This document shows positions 42,601 through 55,800 of a stretch of DNA of 64,000 bases, one piece after another. The first letter of the stretch is position 1. Each line of letters opens with the position of its first letter. Made by a program: the position numbers and the translations under genes. Origin of the DNA: Phoronis australis (lineage: Eukaryota > Animalia > Phoronida); assembly GCA_002633005.1 (NCBI GenBank), contig NMRA01000359.1, positions 337,438 to 401,437 on the forward strand, written 5' to 3'. The notes under the pieces were generated by a model that had not been told where the DNA came from, searched no databases, and saw nothing but the letters and a program-made list of their open reading frames with translations.

Positions 42601-45600
42601 GTTGGACATTGGTTTTAGCTGATTTTGGCGACAGTGTCTTCAACGGTGTCAAGGGGAACTGCTTGCTTAAACATGGCGGTACCGCAGGGGTCTGGGTGGA
42701 AGATAGTTCATTCTCGAGTTTATCAGCCATATCGCCCAGAGACTCTGCATCGCTGAACTGTCCCTCACTTCCAGAAGTGTCCCCACCAGAGTTGTGGTCC
42801 TGAAAAGAACCAGCAAACTATATTGCCTAAATGTGGCAAGCTTTGGAGCATCTTATCTCAAAATTGAATGATCAAGACATACCCCAACTTCAGATACCCT
42901 AAACACAGTTTATGCACTTGTATGAATTACAGTTAGGAATCTTTAAAACTACTAACTTTCGCATACTATCAAAACAGTTAACTGAAACAGCGTTATTGAG
43001 ATTTCACCTTGAAAGTCTTAACCTCACCCAAGACAAAAGTAACCAGAACAAATATATAATAGTTCGTTTTCCAGCATGACATAATACCTATTATGATGGC
43101 ACAGGCTTTACAGCATTTAATCTTAGATATTGATCATGAGGGACGGCTACTCTGACAATGACGGGGAATTCTGGGTAAATTTTGGCATGTACTGTACCAC
43201 AACAGGTCATATACTCCTTGTTCAAACAGTGTCATTTTGCAAACATAAATCTTATTTAACTATCAAATATTCAGTTCAATGACATCATATCCACTATTTG
43301 TAGTTATTTTAGATGATTAAGTCAACCAACAGACCAAATTAGTTATAAAACTTAAATAATATTAATAATTGAAATATAAATTAAAAAGTTAATGCAGCTT
43401 GAGTCTCCTTCTTCAAAGAAAAATACATTGAGAGAAGTGTTGTTTCATTTCTCTCCTTAGTGGAGCTGAAAGTCTGACCTTATTTACTGCACTGAATTTT
43501 GAAAAAAACATAAAACGGATGAAAAAGCATGTATGTGACAAGTGTTCATATGGTCTCCCTAATGTGACAGTGTCATAAGTCACTTTGAAGCAATAAATAA
43601 CGTCTAGCAGGACTTTTCAGTAAGTCAACCCAATCAAAGCAAATTAAGTGACAGAAAAACGAGATCCTGTACATTCTATACACGTAGGAAAAGTGGCCGT
43701 AGCCAGAAAGGTAAAACTACTGCTCAAGCCAATACACGGTGTTACTTAAAATTATTAAACAGACACGATTTAAAGTTCTGGAGAGCTGTGAGTTAGACAC
43801 AAGAAATTTACGCGACCACAAATCTCGACAAAAAAGTAGGGAAAGTGGAAAAATATTCAATGTTGCGAGACCTGCTTCTACATGAGCATTCCTCAAAGTG
43901 GGTAATGTTTTGAGCATTTTTTTTCCTCGACTCTAGCTGCTTCTCATACTTTTGTTATTATGAAATTGTATGAAATGTCATCCAAAATCTATCACCTTAT
44001 AACCAATAAGTTTCACTCAATCACATACTTTGAAAACTTGCTCCCTGGTTTTTCTCATAAGGTGTAGCTTCACATAATGACGCACAGGCCGAGATAGACA
44101 CATATAAGGCATCCTCTGAAAAACTGTTACCGAAGCACACAAGAATGAAAATTAAATGCAAAACAAAATGACTTACCTTTCTGCGTGGTGAGCCCGGTAT
44201 AGGAGAAAGGGCTGGATACAGTGGCGCCCCTAGTGAGAGGCTGAAGCAGGAATCAGTATCGACATCGTCACACGAAGAGTCTAAAAAGAGAATCACAAAC
44301 AGTAGTAGACTGACAGTAGCGACGTACAGTTGAGATCTTCCACTAATTCAAACAAAAATAATTGCTAAAATTGAAATTTTCCTAAAGCTGATTAATTACC
44401 ACAAAAAAATGGAAATCTCATCAAAAGGTATTTTAAAACAACAGTACAAACCATGCTAGTGATCGACAAAAATTTTCTTAAAGGTTGATTTCCACTACTT
44501 TTAGCCTTATATTTTAAGTTCTCAACCGGCGAGATTCAGGGTTTAAAAACTTTATTAGCTGTAACCAGACCTGAATTGTTGTTGAATTAGTCGGTAAATG
44601 AAGTTCTAAACATTACACACGAGCAAAGGTATCAGAGAATCTGTAAAGGGGTTTCCTGTCGGTTACTATGACGGCGTCTTGCATTTGAGTCCAAAAATAG
44701 AGCACGTGATCATGTGTCACGTGGACAAAACGTAACGACTCAATAACTAGGTCAACGAGGTCATCAGTCTCGAGATGGATGCTTCCAGCAACAGTACTTG
44801 TGCGACGTCAACGGAGAGGGGTAAACATGGTAGAAAGCACAGTTGCACAGACTCCGAGAGGAAAGGGAACAAAAAGAAAAGGAATGCCAGGAAAGTTTTT
44901 GCCAGGACTCGAGTACAACCGGTTCACGACACTGAAGCACGAATTGGAGTGAGCAACGTAACGATCATGACAATTCATCTCGATCGGTAAGTGAACACTG
45001 TAAGTGTCACAACGTAGAATGTAAATACTAATCTTAGTCAAGCTTAGATTTATTCTCGGGACTCACTATATCATTCAGGTACTTTATCCCTATGTCATTT
45101 CAACTTGGTACTGAATGATAATTGTTTAGACATTCTAGAGCTTGTTGTGTGACCAGCTGATGCTCAGGAAATGTTGTTGTGTCACGTGTCTGACCTATTT
45201 TTGCATGGAATTCCCTGCGTGCCATTTTCGAATTTTTGCAGGGAGACAAGAAATAAATCAGATTTTTTCCGAAGCGTTTTCTGACATGCTGCAGTTCTGT
45301 ACGTTCTTCAAGGTATTGGAAAATAAGATCTATAAGGTACCTGTTCAGACTAATTTTAAAAGATCAAGAGGATTAATTCTATTGTGTTTTTTAGCCAGCT
45401 AAACAAGTGGAAATACAGCTTTAATCATTATTTTAGTAGAGACACTTGGCAAAAACACTGAATTATTTGAACCTCGTCATCAAAGAAGACACCATATGAA
45501 GTACACAAGACGGTACTGTAATGGTCAAAGACAAAACTGAGTTGATGACACATTTTCGTTTTTAAAGTACTGTAACTTTTGAGACATTTTTAAGTAATTC

Positions 45601-46761
45601 AGGGCTTGGAATGACCAATGACAAAAACGCGGAAACTTTGAAACTTTTACGGCCCAAATCATGCCCGATAACCAGCCTTGAAATGGTTAATGTGAACCTT
45701 TCCCCGACAAAAATCGGGAGGACTAAAAAAAAAACGTTACCACCATCAGTAGCATGCGTCTGCGTCCTTTTAGCTCGCCCGTCCACTCCCGACCCACACA
45801 TTCTTGGCTGCAGAGCGGTAGTATTTGTCGCCGCGCTTAACAATAACACGAGACGCCATTGAAAATCCCACCACGCTGACCCAGATGCCTCGGCAATGTT
45901 GACAATTTACGTTCCTCCGAAACATAAAGAGCAACTTCCGCTTTTCGAGGTGAACGTCGTCTGCAACGCCGCGGTAAGAAAGGAATTTGCCGCGGAAATT
46001 TTATATCAAATCCGATTTTTTTTACGCGGAAATATTATAAAAAAAGCGGAAAGCACATTTGAAAAAAGCGAAAATCCGCGTTTCCGCGGAAAATTCCAAG
46101 TCCTGGTAATTCTCTGACATTGACATCGTGGCCCAAAACAGACATTAACACAACAAATGAAACAGGACTATTTGCTTGAACTTTGCCCATCACATGACAC
46201 ACCACTGCCACCCATATATTGCACATCGGTCACATGACATACCATTGCCAGTCATATATTGCACATCCTCATCAGTTTCTTCATTTACTCCACACTGGTA
46301 CGTGAATTTCAACGATTTTTTCCGCTTCCAAGGAAGCAAATCTAAACAAAGAAGGATTAATTCATGAGTAATGCTGTCAAGAAGAAGGCAATATTTGTCC
46401 CAAGAGTGTGACATAATTTCTGGATCTGAAAATGGAGAAGATCTAATAGACAACAACGAGAACGGAATTAAGCAAATTTTCAGTTGCGTTGACTATCAAT
46501 AACAGATTGAAACAGTTTTGTAGCTAAATCTGAATGCTTCAAAAATGAAGCACATCAAATCTTTATAACGCCTGTAAAATAAGTATTGCATGGCCTTTCC
46601 TTTTCAAGCATTATAATTTATAGATAATCAATCAATACTTAACCCTTTTCTTGCAAACGAATTTCCATGTCTTTTAACATCGTCTGTAATGGGAAAGAAA
46701 AGAAATTGAAACAAAATAACAGAAGCTATGCAGCAGCAGCAGCAGCTGCAGCAGCAGCACT

Positions 46762-46816
<55 letters not shown>

Positions 46817-49800
46817 GCAGCAGCAGCAGCAACAGCTAACAGGCACTAAGTTAATATGTGACCATGAGTCAACTTCATATTGAAAATTTTCAAATAGAGG
46901 TAGCACAATTTTGTCGAGTGTCCAGACAACACACTTCAAAAGACTATAATTAATCAAAATCTATCATAAATTGTCAGATACACAACTGCGCAAAAACGTT
47001 ATCAACAAAATCTCTTTTAGAGGTCAGTCGCCGCACAAAGATAAACATGTAAATAAGTCAATTGACCAGTGAAAAGTAGTGGTAGACATTTACAAGATAC
47101 CATTTCTATAAGCAACAGTTGCATTTATGAGTCTACTCTGTGCCCAATTTCATGCAATTCTTGCTCTTAAGTTAGTGAGTACCGTAACCTGCAGGGTTTG
47201 GAATTATCCATGACAAAAAAGAGGAGAAATTTCTAGGTGATGTATCATTCTACAAATAAATAACCTTATGTGATAGACATATTTTTTGTGTAGTAAAAGT
47301 TAACAGCAAGAAACGTTTTTTCACGAATTAAGTCAAAATAATGATAAAAAAGATGTAAAGAAGAAACTAGAAATCAATAAGAGGAAATCAAAAGAAAATT
47401 CTCTAAGTTAAAAGAGGAAAATTCCAAGCCCTGTACCTGGAAAAAGTAATTTAATTATTACACCAGGCATAGCAGATCAGGCAGTCTTCTTTAGAAGGTT
47501 GAAATGTGATCGTAAGTACGTGTCAGATTCATCCAATAAACTGCTTCTCAACATAATAAAAATAAAAAGATATTACAGAAAACTGGATTTCATTCATGGA
47601 AAGTCGGATATCACAAACAGACAACAAGTCACCTGTGCTTTGAGGAGCTGCGACTCCAAGGACCTGTTGGACCGCTTTAGTTCTGTCACAGTCTGAGATT
47701 TGGCTAACGACTCGGCTGAAATAAAACAAGAAAACGTGAAATCCTAAACCTGCTAATACACTAAACACTTTCACCAATAGTGACAATGTGTGTTGAGAGA
47801 GTCAATTTGCCAGCACTTTTTTTGGTTACCCATAAATGGCTGGCACTGTCACAATTTTGTAGCTGGACCAGAAATTTCAATGAACACAGATCCGCAAAGC
47901 CAGGAGGCCTGTACTTATTGTTCAGCTATTCAATTTATTGCGATAAATGAACATGTTTTAACATCTGTTCAATTACTGCGATAAATGAACATGTTTTAAA
48001 ATCTCTTCAATTTCGATGAAAGCGATTGGATGACAGAGAATTCACTGCGGGTGAAAATAAACCCCCTGTGGATGGGCAGCAAGTCTGGACAAACCCTGGT
48101 GGTAGAAATACATTCTCCACCAGTTAGCAGTCCCTAAAAACTGGCAGGCGGGATCAGAGGAAAGCCAGAAAGGCTAAATCAATGATCGTTACTGTACTAC
48201 ACCAGGACAAGCCAGGGAACTGTTAGCTCTACGCGATAGTTGATTTCAAAGGCCATGCACCTGCTTATGAGCAATCCTTATGACATCTGTCGTAATGGTA
48301 ATTGATCTTAACTTAAGACATGATGTCTGGACTGTGAAACAGTTAATAGTTTATTATTACTCATGACAAGCTAACTTGTCATGGTGTGTCATTTAATTCG
48401 CTAAGCATGGTTTCAAGTAATAAGAAATTGTCAATTCTTGACAAGACCAAGAATCACTTCTCGTCTGAGTAAGGAACAAGTTGAGACCAACTTCATGTTG
48501 TTAAACAGAACAGTTTTATGGCTGCTTTAATATAATATGCATGGGACTGTTCTATTACACAGTAATAAGTTATCAAAATCACTCGGGCACTGTGTTTACA
48601 GTTGTTCACAACCTACATTTAACCAAGCTCCATACATCAATATCACATTCTCATTATTCTGCATAAAAATGTTGCTTTAAGATTACTGAGTAAGTGATTC
48701 TATCAAACAAAAATCACGCAATTAATGTAACTCAGTTTATATTTTCGGAAAGCCAAAGTTTTGAATCAATTCATTTTGTACTAAACAGCGATCTACAATT
48801 AGAATTTAGAGGACTATGCTTTTTTAGTAAAAATGAACAAAAACACTGATATTTTGGAAAAAATTGTTCACGGCAAACCAACTACTAATAAGGTGTTCAA
48901 TGTTCCTCTCTCGCATATATTGAAGGTGTAATCTCAAAATACTTATGCAGTTTCTCAACTGTAAATTCTTTTTCATAAAAGTCCCAGTCCCAAAATTACC
49001 TCATGTATACCGTAAGTGGACAACAGTGCACACATAACAGTCAGAATCTGAAAATGTCATTTGAATCTGAATAGCCATTTCTGAGACAACAAAGTCGACT
49101 AAGCTTTGTAATATTTTTTGGATTTCTCATGATAACCAATGTTTTTACACAAACTTACATTGTGCAGCATCTGCCTCATAGAAAAACGCTATTCAAATCA
49201 CTGGGACCGAACAATTTCTATTCCATATTTTCCCCGAATGCCCTCCCTAACATTTCAGAACCATGAGCTTTCAATGACCTATTTCAAATGGTGACCCACA
49301 TAGTCATGTGACAATTGACCTTTGTCAGTACAGCCATGATGGCCGCCAGGTAGCAAAGGAAGAGTTTGTGTGAACAGCAACAGACATTACGATAAATTTC
49401 AAGGCAAATTTCGCATCGTAGGTTAGTTAAGATTTTAGTTAATGAACTGGTGTTTTTAGTGAATAATTGAACGAGAGCTTGACTTAGGTTGAGTTGTCCA
49501 ATTTCGTATTTTTTTCTAAATTTTGTTACCAGGTATGAGGTATGTAATTCAACTTCATTCACAGCCCACCTTTAATAAGCTTTAATTAGACAATACCACC
49601 GTCGCAACTGGTAAAAAAGACGGTGGTCATCCCATACGCCAGGAGCTTTTCAGCGAATTATGCTTCACACAGATTAAACCATCAAAGTCATGTTACCATT
49701 TCTACCTTTTGCGCATAGAGGGACACATTAGGAGGCCGTTGGGCGTTGATGATGTCTAATTCCTTCCAATTCTGACAAATATTCCCGTAATCAAACTTTT

Positions 49801-52800
49801 TTTGAGCAGTCCTTCGTTCAGTTGTCTGAATTGCCAACTGGCCACTTTTACACTGATCGCACCAGGCGATATGACTTCATATCCCCTGGTGCGAGCAGTG
49901 TAAAAATGTCCCTCTATGCGCAACCTCTAAGGTAGGCAATACGTAACCCCTCGGCCTCGGTTGGCTGGACAGGGGCTTCAATACTTCCAATCGTTTTCTG
50001 CACTAATTTCGTTCCGTGTATTTTAAATGGCCGGTAGGCAAAATCTGCTCACTGACTAAGAGGTTTTCACATCGTCAAAAAGGCATTTTACACTTAAAAT
50101 TATCACTTAAAAAGCATTTACGTTCTTCAACGATCCTTTCTGGGGTAAATATCGTTGATGAAGCATATCTTAAGTAATTAAGATGACTTTGACTAAGAAT
50201 TCCGACTCCCCTTTTTTGGTCACCGTAACTTTTTCACCACAAAGTATTTCAACTGAGTCAGATGAGTTAGGGAAAAACTAGCATGAGACTGAGCGAAGCG
50301 CGTGACACTTGCAAAATAGCACGGAAAGATATCAGGTTGTAAGATTTGTGTCCCTTGGACTTTTTGTTTGTCAACAGGCATGGTCTCGCGTAACTTCCTG
50401 AAAATGGTACCCGGTGAGAGAACCGCGACAGATTTTCATGGATGTATTCAAGTTACTGACTAAATTGTATCCAGAGTTACGGTATGAGTTAATTATAGCT
50501 CCATGTTTCATTTGTGATGAGTAACTTTTTATAGGGATGTACTATCGCAGGCATACAGGGCGATGCTATGCCTACCTCTGAAGTTATAGTAACATGACTT
50601 TGATGGTTTAATAAGTGTGACGCTAAATGGGAAGACCAGTTGAGACGGTGCTACTTTCTAGCCTTTAATCATTCGCTCATCATGACACCATAATGTAATG
50701 AGGAACGGTTGGTAGGAGTGCCTTTGATTTATTTCGAGTTGGTGTGGTGAAATATTATGGCAAAGGTGCCAAAACGCCCGATATTTAGGTTGCTAGACTG
50801 TAAGCTACAGGTACGTTTTACATGGTCAGTGTTCAGGTGTTTTAAACCTAATGCGTAGTTCACAATCATGCTCAGTAAATAAGCCATTAAACCTATCAAA
50901 AAGATGTCAAGGTCAGTAGTAGTTCTACCATTTGGAAGTTGCTTCATCGTTTGGCATACTGACAGCATCCAAAATTGAGACTATTGAAGGAAATCTTGAG
51001 GTCAATATTGAGGAGTATTGAAAAAATAAAAGCAAGGTGTATGTCTGATGCCACACAAAACAATGAATTCGAACTCTTAAAGATTATTTTCCTTCAATTT
51101 GTGCGCCATGTCCATAAATTTGAAATAATAGGACCGTCTCGGATTATACGGCGATAGAACTCTCCTTTGTCTCGGAGATAAGAAACCTCGTGACCTAGTT
51201 TTGGAAATCAGGCACATTTTCGTGTCTTTCAGATCATGCATCCGTGGGTATTTGTCCAGTTTATCAAACTTTTTCACATCAGAGTTGCAGCCCACAGCAC
51301 AGTTGTAATACTTCATTGGCATTGGAAGGACAAATAGAGAAAATCAGACAACAACAAATAGCATGTGAAACTCCAGTGGCACGGAAATGAGGCTAGCAAA
51401 CATGCCGGATGGATGTTTATGGCATTGTGGATAAATACAGTGAGATTCAAGTGTCGCTGAGTAATACGGGAGGGCCCTATTGAGAGTATTTTGTCGTATC
51501 GGAAATGTGACTAACTTGGTGTTTTGGATTCGCTAGAACTTTTCTCAGATCGAATATGAGAAAACTGGATCTTGATATTTTTTCTGAACCTGAAAACATG
51601 ACGTTGATTTACGGAATCTTTATTCTTACTACAACCTGTTGCATTGGTTTAAGTTGTACTACGCACTATATCCAAAGCAGTATGTAAATCTGATGACCTT
51701 TCATGATGCAGCAGGTGACGCATACCAAGTTATGCGTGATCGCAAAAAATACTGTATTGAGAGTTTGCCCAAGCGTATGCCCTGCAAGACCTGAGCAATG
51801 GTATGCATAGCACAGGCACGTAGCTGTATACCGTTAAGATGCTCCAGAAATGAGCAGCAGTGGGAGATGCAGTCGATGCGATGCTTATTTAGGCTTCCGC
51901 ACGCAAAATTCTAAAAGGCTACTCGCCAATTATGCGCATTTAAAGTGCACTAAGTGTTGATACTTTAAAGGCGATAGTCACCACTAAAGATATGACTATT
52001 CTCTAAGTTCACCCTGTTGTTTCAGGTTTCATCATCTCGACATTCCAAAAATGTTGATCGCAACAAGTGTGTTACTATGTTGCCTTGGTCTCACCATGGC
52101 AGACGAGGCAGTCAAAAATATCACCATACATCCACCACAGTTAGCCGTAGAGGTCAACAAGGTGGCGGTGTTTAATTGTACGACAGCGAGCCACGTGGCA
52201 GTAGTCTGGCAGGACGCCAACGGCACCGAACTTGCCAATGAAGGACGATTCAACTGGACCACAAACGGCCTTCTGACAATCACAAACGCAAGTGAGTCCG
52301 ACTCTGGGAACTACAAGTGTGTTATAGAAGGAAGTGGAGAGTTCGCCGAGGCATTGCTGAAGGTGTATGTGATGCCGACGTACCTCACTGAGGGAATGAT
52401 CATACTGGCCATAGATGGCGCCTTGCTTCTGTTGTTCCTTGGCTGCTGTGTGAAGACACAGGTGCAGCAGAGAAGAAACATCAGCAAGATGAAGTCAAGT
52501 ATGAAACAAGGACGACACAGTTGACATGGCAACCAGTAGGCAAGCAACTAACGAGTGTTTGATACTACAATCTATTTCATTTACACCTAGTCAAAATGTT
52601 ATCATTTGTGGTTTTAGATACATTGCAACTGAATAATTCAACAATAAAGCTCGTGAAAGTTTAAGGGCATTTTAAACAGTTGAGAAGAACCTTGCGAAAC
52701 GCAGAACTGATTTGAAAACCCTGGGTTGATAAGGTTTTTAAAGCCCTACGACAATATGCTCTCCACACTTTGTTCAATATGAATGGGTTGATGCCCATTG

Positions 52801-55800
52801 AGTTCTATCGACTGTGAAGCGACGTCACGTTAAAGAAACCATTAATTTCCAAATGCTGAACAAGCCAGTTCCACAGAAGTGTTTATAAATTGAGTGTATG
52901 GGTATTTATTTATTCAGAAACCTTATAGTATTATGTTGAGGGTCGCTTTAGAAAATTGAAGTACTAGTTTACCATTCTAATCAAAGTTCTACTACGAGGC
53001 GATGCGGCCAAGCCAATGTCTCAAAACTTCAAACTAGAATAAGAGCAAGTGAGCAGCTTAGAAGTGATTTATCTTTCTGGTAAAGGAATCAGTGGAGTCC
53101 ACGAGGATCATGGTGTTATCAGGTGTGTGTTCAGGAATGCCGACTCGCTGTATCAAAAAACCAAAACTAAGAGATCCAGCTCAGAACAAAACAATGGTTT
53201 TTATAGACGAGATTGTTTTGAGAAGATCTGCAATTTCCATAGCTGCATAACCTAATCAAATACTGGATGATAGAGGTGTTCCCCTAAGCAAGGATTCAAC
53301 CATGGTGCAAATTACAAATCATGCTTTCACGTGCTAGTATTCCTTTTGTTGACGGAGCATGTCAATGTCATTTTCACGGGAAGAGATTGACGGATTTGGG
53401 GAGGCAAGGAGGCCATGGCCCCCTAAAATTCTCACAGATTCCATTTGGTGCTAATGTCTTGACGGTCAAAATCCTGGCTAATACTCTGCTTGGCCCTCCC
53501 CTAACTCAAAATCTTGTATCCGCCCCTGCTCTAAGCAACTCAATTCAATCATTTGTCTTGTAAACCATGCAGAGCTCGGGCTAATTAAACACAGCCCAAG
53601 GTTTCCAAACATGGCCCAGGACTTTTCCAAAAGGGTGCAGCACTATGTTTGACAATAAGTAAGGGGAACAGATGCAATCCTAGTTACCACGCGGAAAGTT
53701 ATGGTTAGCCAGTTAACAGAATTAGTAGTAAAAACGAGGATGACCATGTGGGTGAGCACATACTACTTTATAATAAAGAACAATACATAAACATGTAACA
53801 TAGGTCAATATTACAGTTGAACATTACAATAAGGGTCCTGGAATGTGTTTGTACGCAAAGTTCACTGCATCCAATATGAAAGCAATTTGTATACACTACA
53901 TTTGCCTTGGGACTTAGGGAATGGAACATTATAAATGCATGCGGTAACCGTTTGACTGTTAAAATGTGAGGTTAACGTTGGTTTGGTTTTCCGATCAATA
54001 GTGTATAATGATGTCATCCCTGGCTTCATGTCAAAGACTGATCTGTGATAAATTGAGAAATTTGTATGCAACTTTGAAGTGATAGCTGGCTATTATAATG
54101 TTATCTTTCTCTATAAGTCTTGTAATTAAAAATGGCAGTTGACACCAACTGATTGACATCACCATTCATGACTCATGACTATGTAATTATTCCAAGGCAT
54201 CACGTTTGAGCACTCATGAACAGAAAACGTCTCTACACTCATGAATAAGTTAGATTAAAGCCCACTTTGAACAATAACACAATAATGTAAATTTAGATTC
54301 TACAAAATATTGAAAGCCTTATGGTGACCTTACTGAAGTCATAAATTGCTAAATGTTATGAATGGTTAGGCTTATCACCTGTCTTTCATCTACTTCACCG
54401 TGAAAATGATAATTTATTTAGGAACAGTTACGAACAACACCAATATCACTTGATGTGCCCGCGCTAGAGTGATGAAATTGTATTTTCTCATGATTTTGCT
54501 AAAAGCATTTGCTATGATCCAATACATCCAGCATAGAAATAAACAATTTATACAAACTGTCAGTAACTAGCAGTTAAGGTATATTTTCAAAGACTGTATA
54601 CTTTTGCTCAGATGAGATTTAATTATTTTCCAGGCATAGCTGTGGGACGCAAAAAAAATTCTTGATTTACGTCTTAAATTTTGTCACTTTTCATGAAACA
54701 AACACTTGGGTACTTTTCAAATACAATACCGAAGTCACAGGTATTGAGAACCAGTTACGTAGAGGAGCAAACTAGTTCTCAAAAATGTGAGAGCCCTGAG
54801 TGCAAGTGACACGGAAATTTCTAACTTTTCCAGCTTCAGCTCGTCCACACCTCAACACAACAGCAACTTTCCATTGGCATTGGGTGGACAAATATTCATA
54901 AACGTCTGTACAAACAGAGACTAGCCATACAGCAAAGTGTATAAAACCTAATGGTACAAACCTAAGAGTAAAAAGTGCTGCTAAATGTGAAGCAGAGTAG
55001 AGCAAAAACAAAAGGTTTTTGGTAGACGCAAATAGATTGTGGGCTGCGGTTTCGGAAATTTCACCCAATCTCTTGGATCACGGTTCTAAAATATTGCCAG
55101 CTGTGTCACAACTCTGCCAATCCCTTCACTTTCTGTGTTGAAGAATGTTTGAAATCCCAAGTTCTCACTTTTATAATGACAAGGAAATCAAACTGGCATG
55201 AACTATGACAAAGTGAAAATAGGTTCAAGTTCGAGAGCTTACCTTTGAGTTTGGAAACTGTAGTCTCCATCTTCTTGTAACTGAAAAAGCAGAGGACAAC
55301 ATGGACCCACAGTAACACGGTGTTTGGACCTTACTAATTGTCTTATCAAGAAACTAAAAAATCCATAACCAAAGACATGTAAAATGCCTATTACTGTTTT
55401 ACCTGTCACGATTTGTACACTGTCAACAATCCCAGTCACACAATTGTAGAAATATGGCCAGATTTTGTCAGGATATTTGATGGCAGTACAAATTATGGAA
55501 ATGACGAAGTAAAATTTTCCTAAGCTACCGCAATTGCCAAAAAGAAAATTGTACAAAATGCAGTTAAATTTCCAGATGGGTCAGACAAAAATAACTCATT
55601 TTGCTTAAGGTCAGAGCTTGTACCAAATTTTAGAAAAAGAAACATAGGCCGTCCCAAATTCAACAATTACGGTTTACAACATACAGTCATTCACCTTGAC
55701 ATTATACACTATGGGACAACGTGAAAAACTTGCATCGGTGACTATTTTTGACAATTTTATGAACTGCCTGGTCTGTTTTCAGGTGTTGTTGATACAAACC

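Noticed and set aside
46667-46849. Poly-alanine ORF
   Set aside because: By-product of the intronic CAG repeat.
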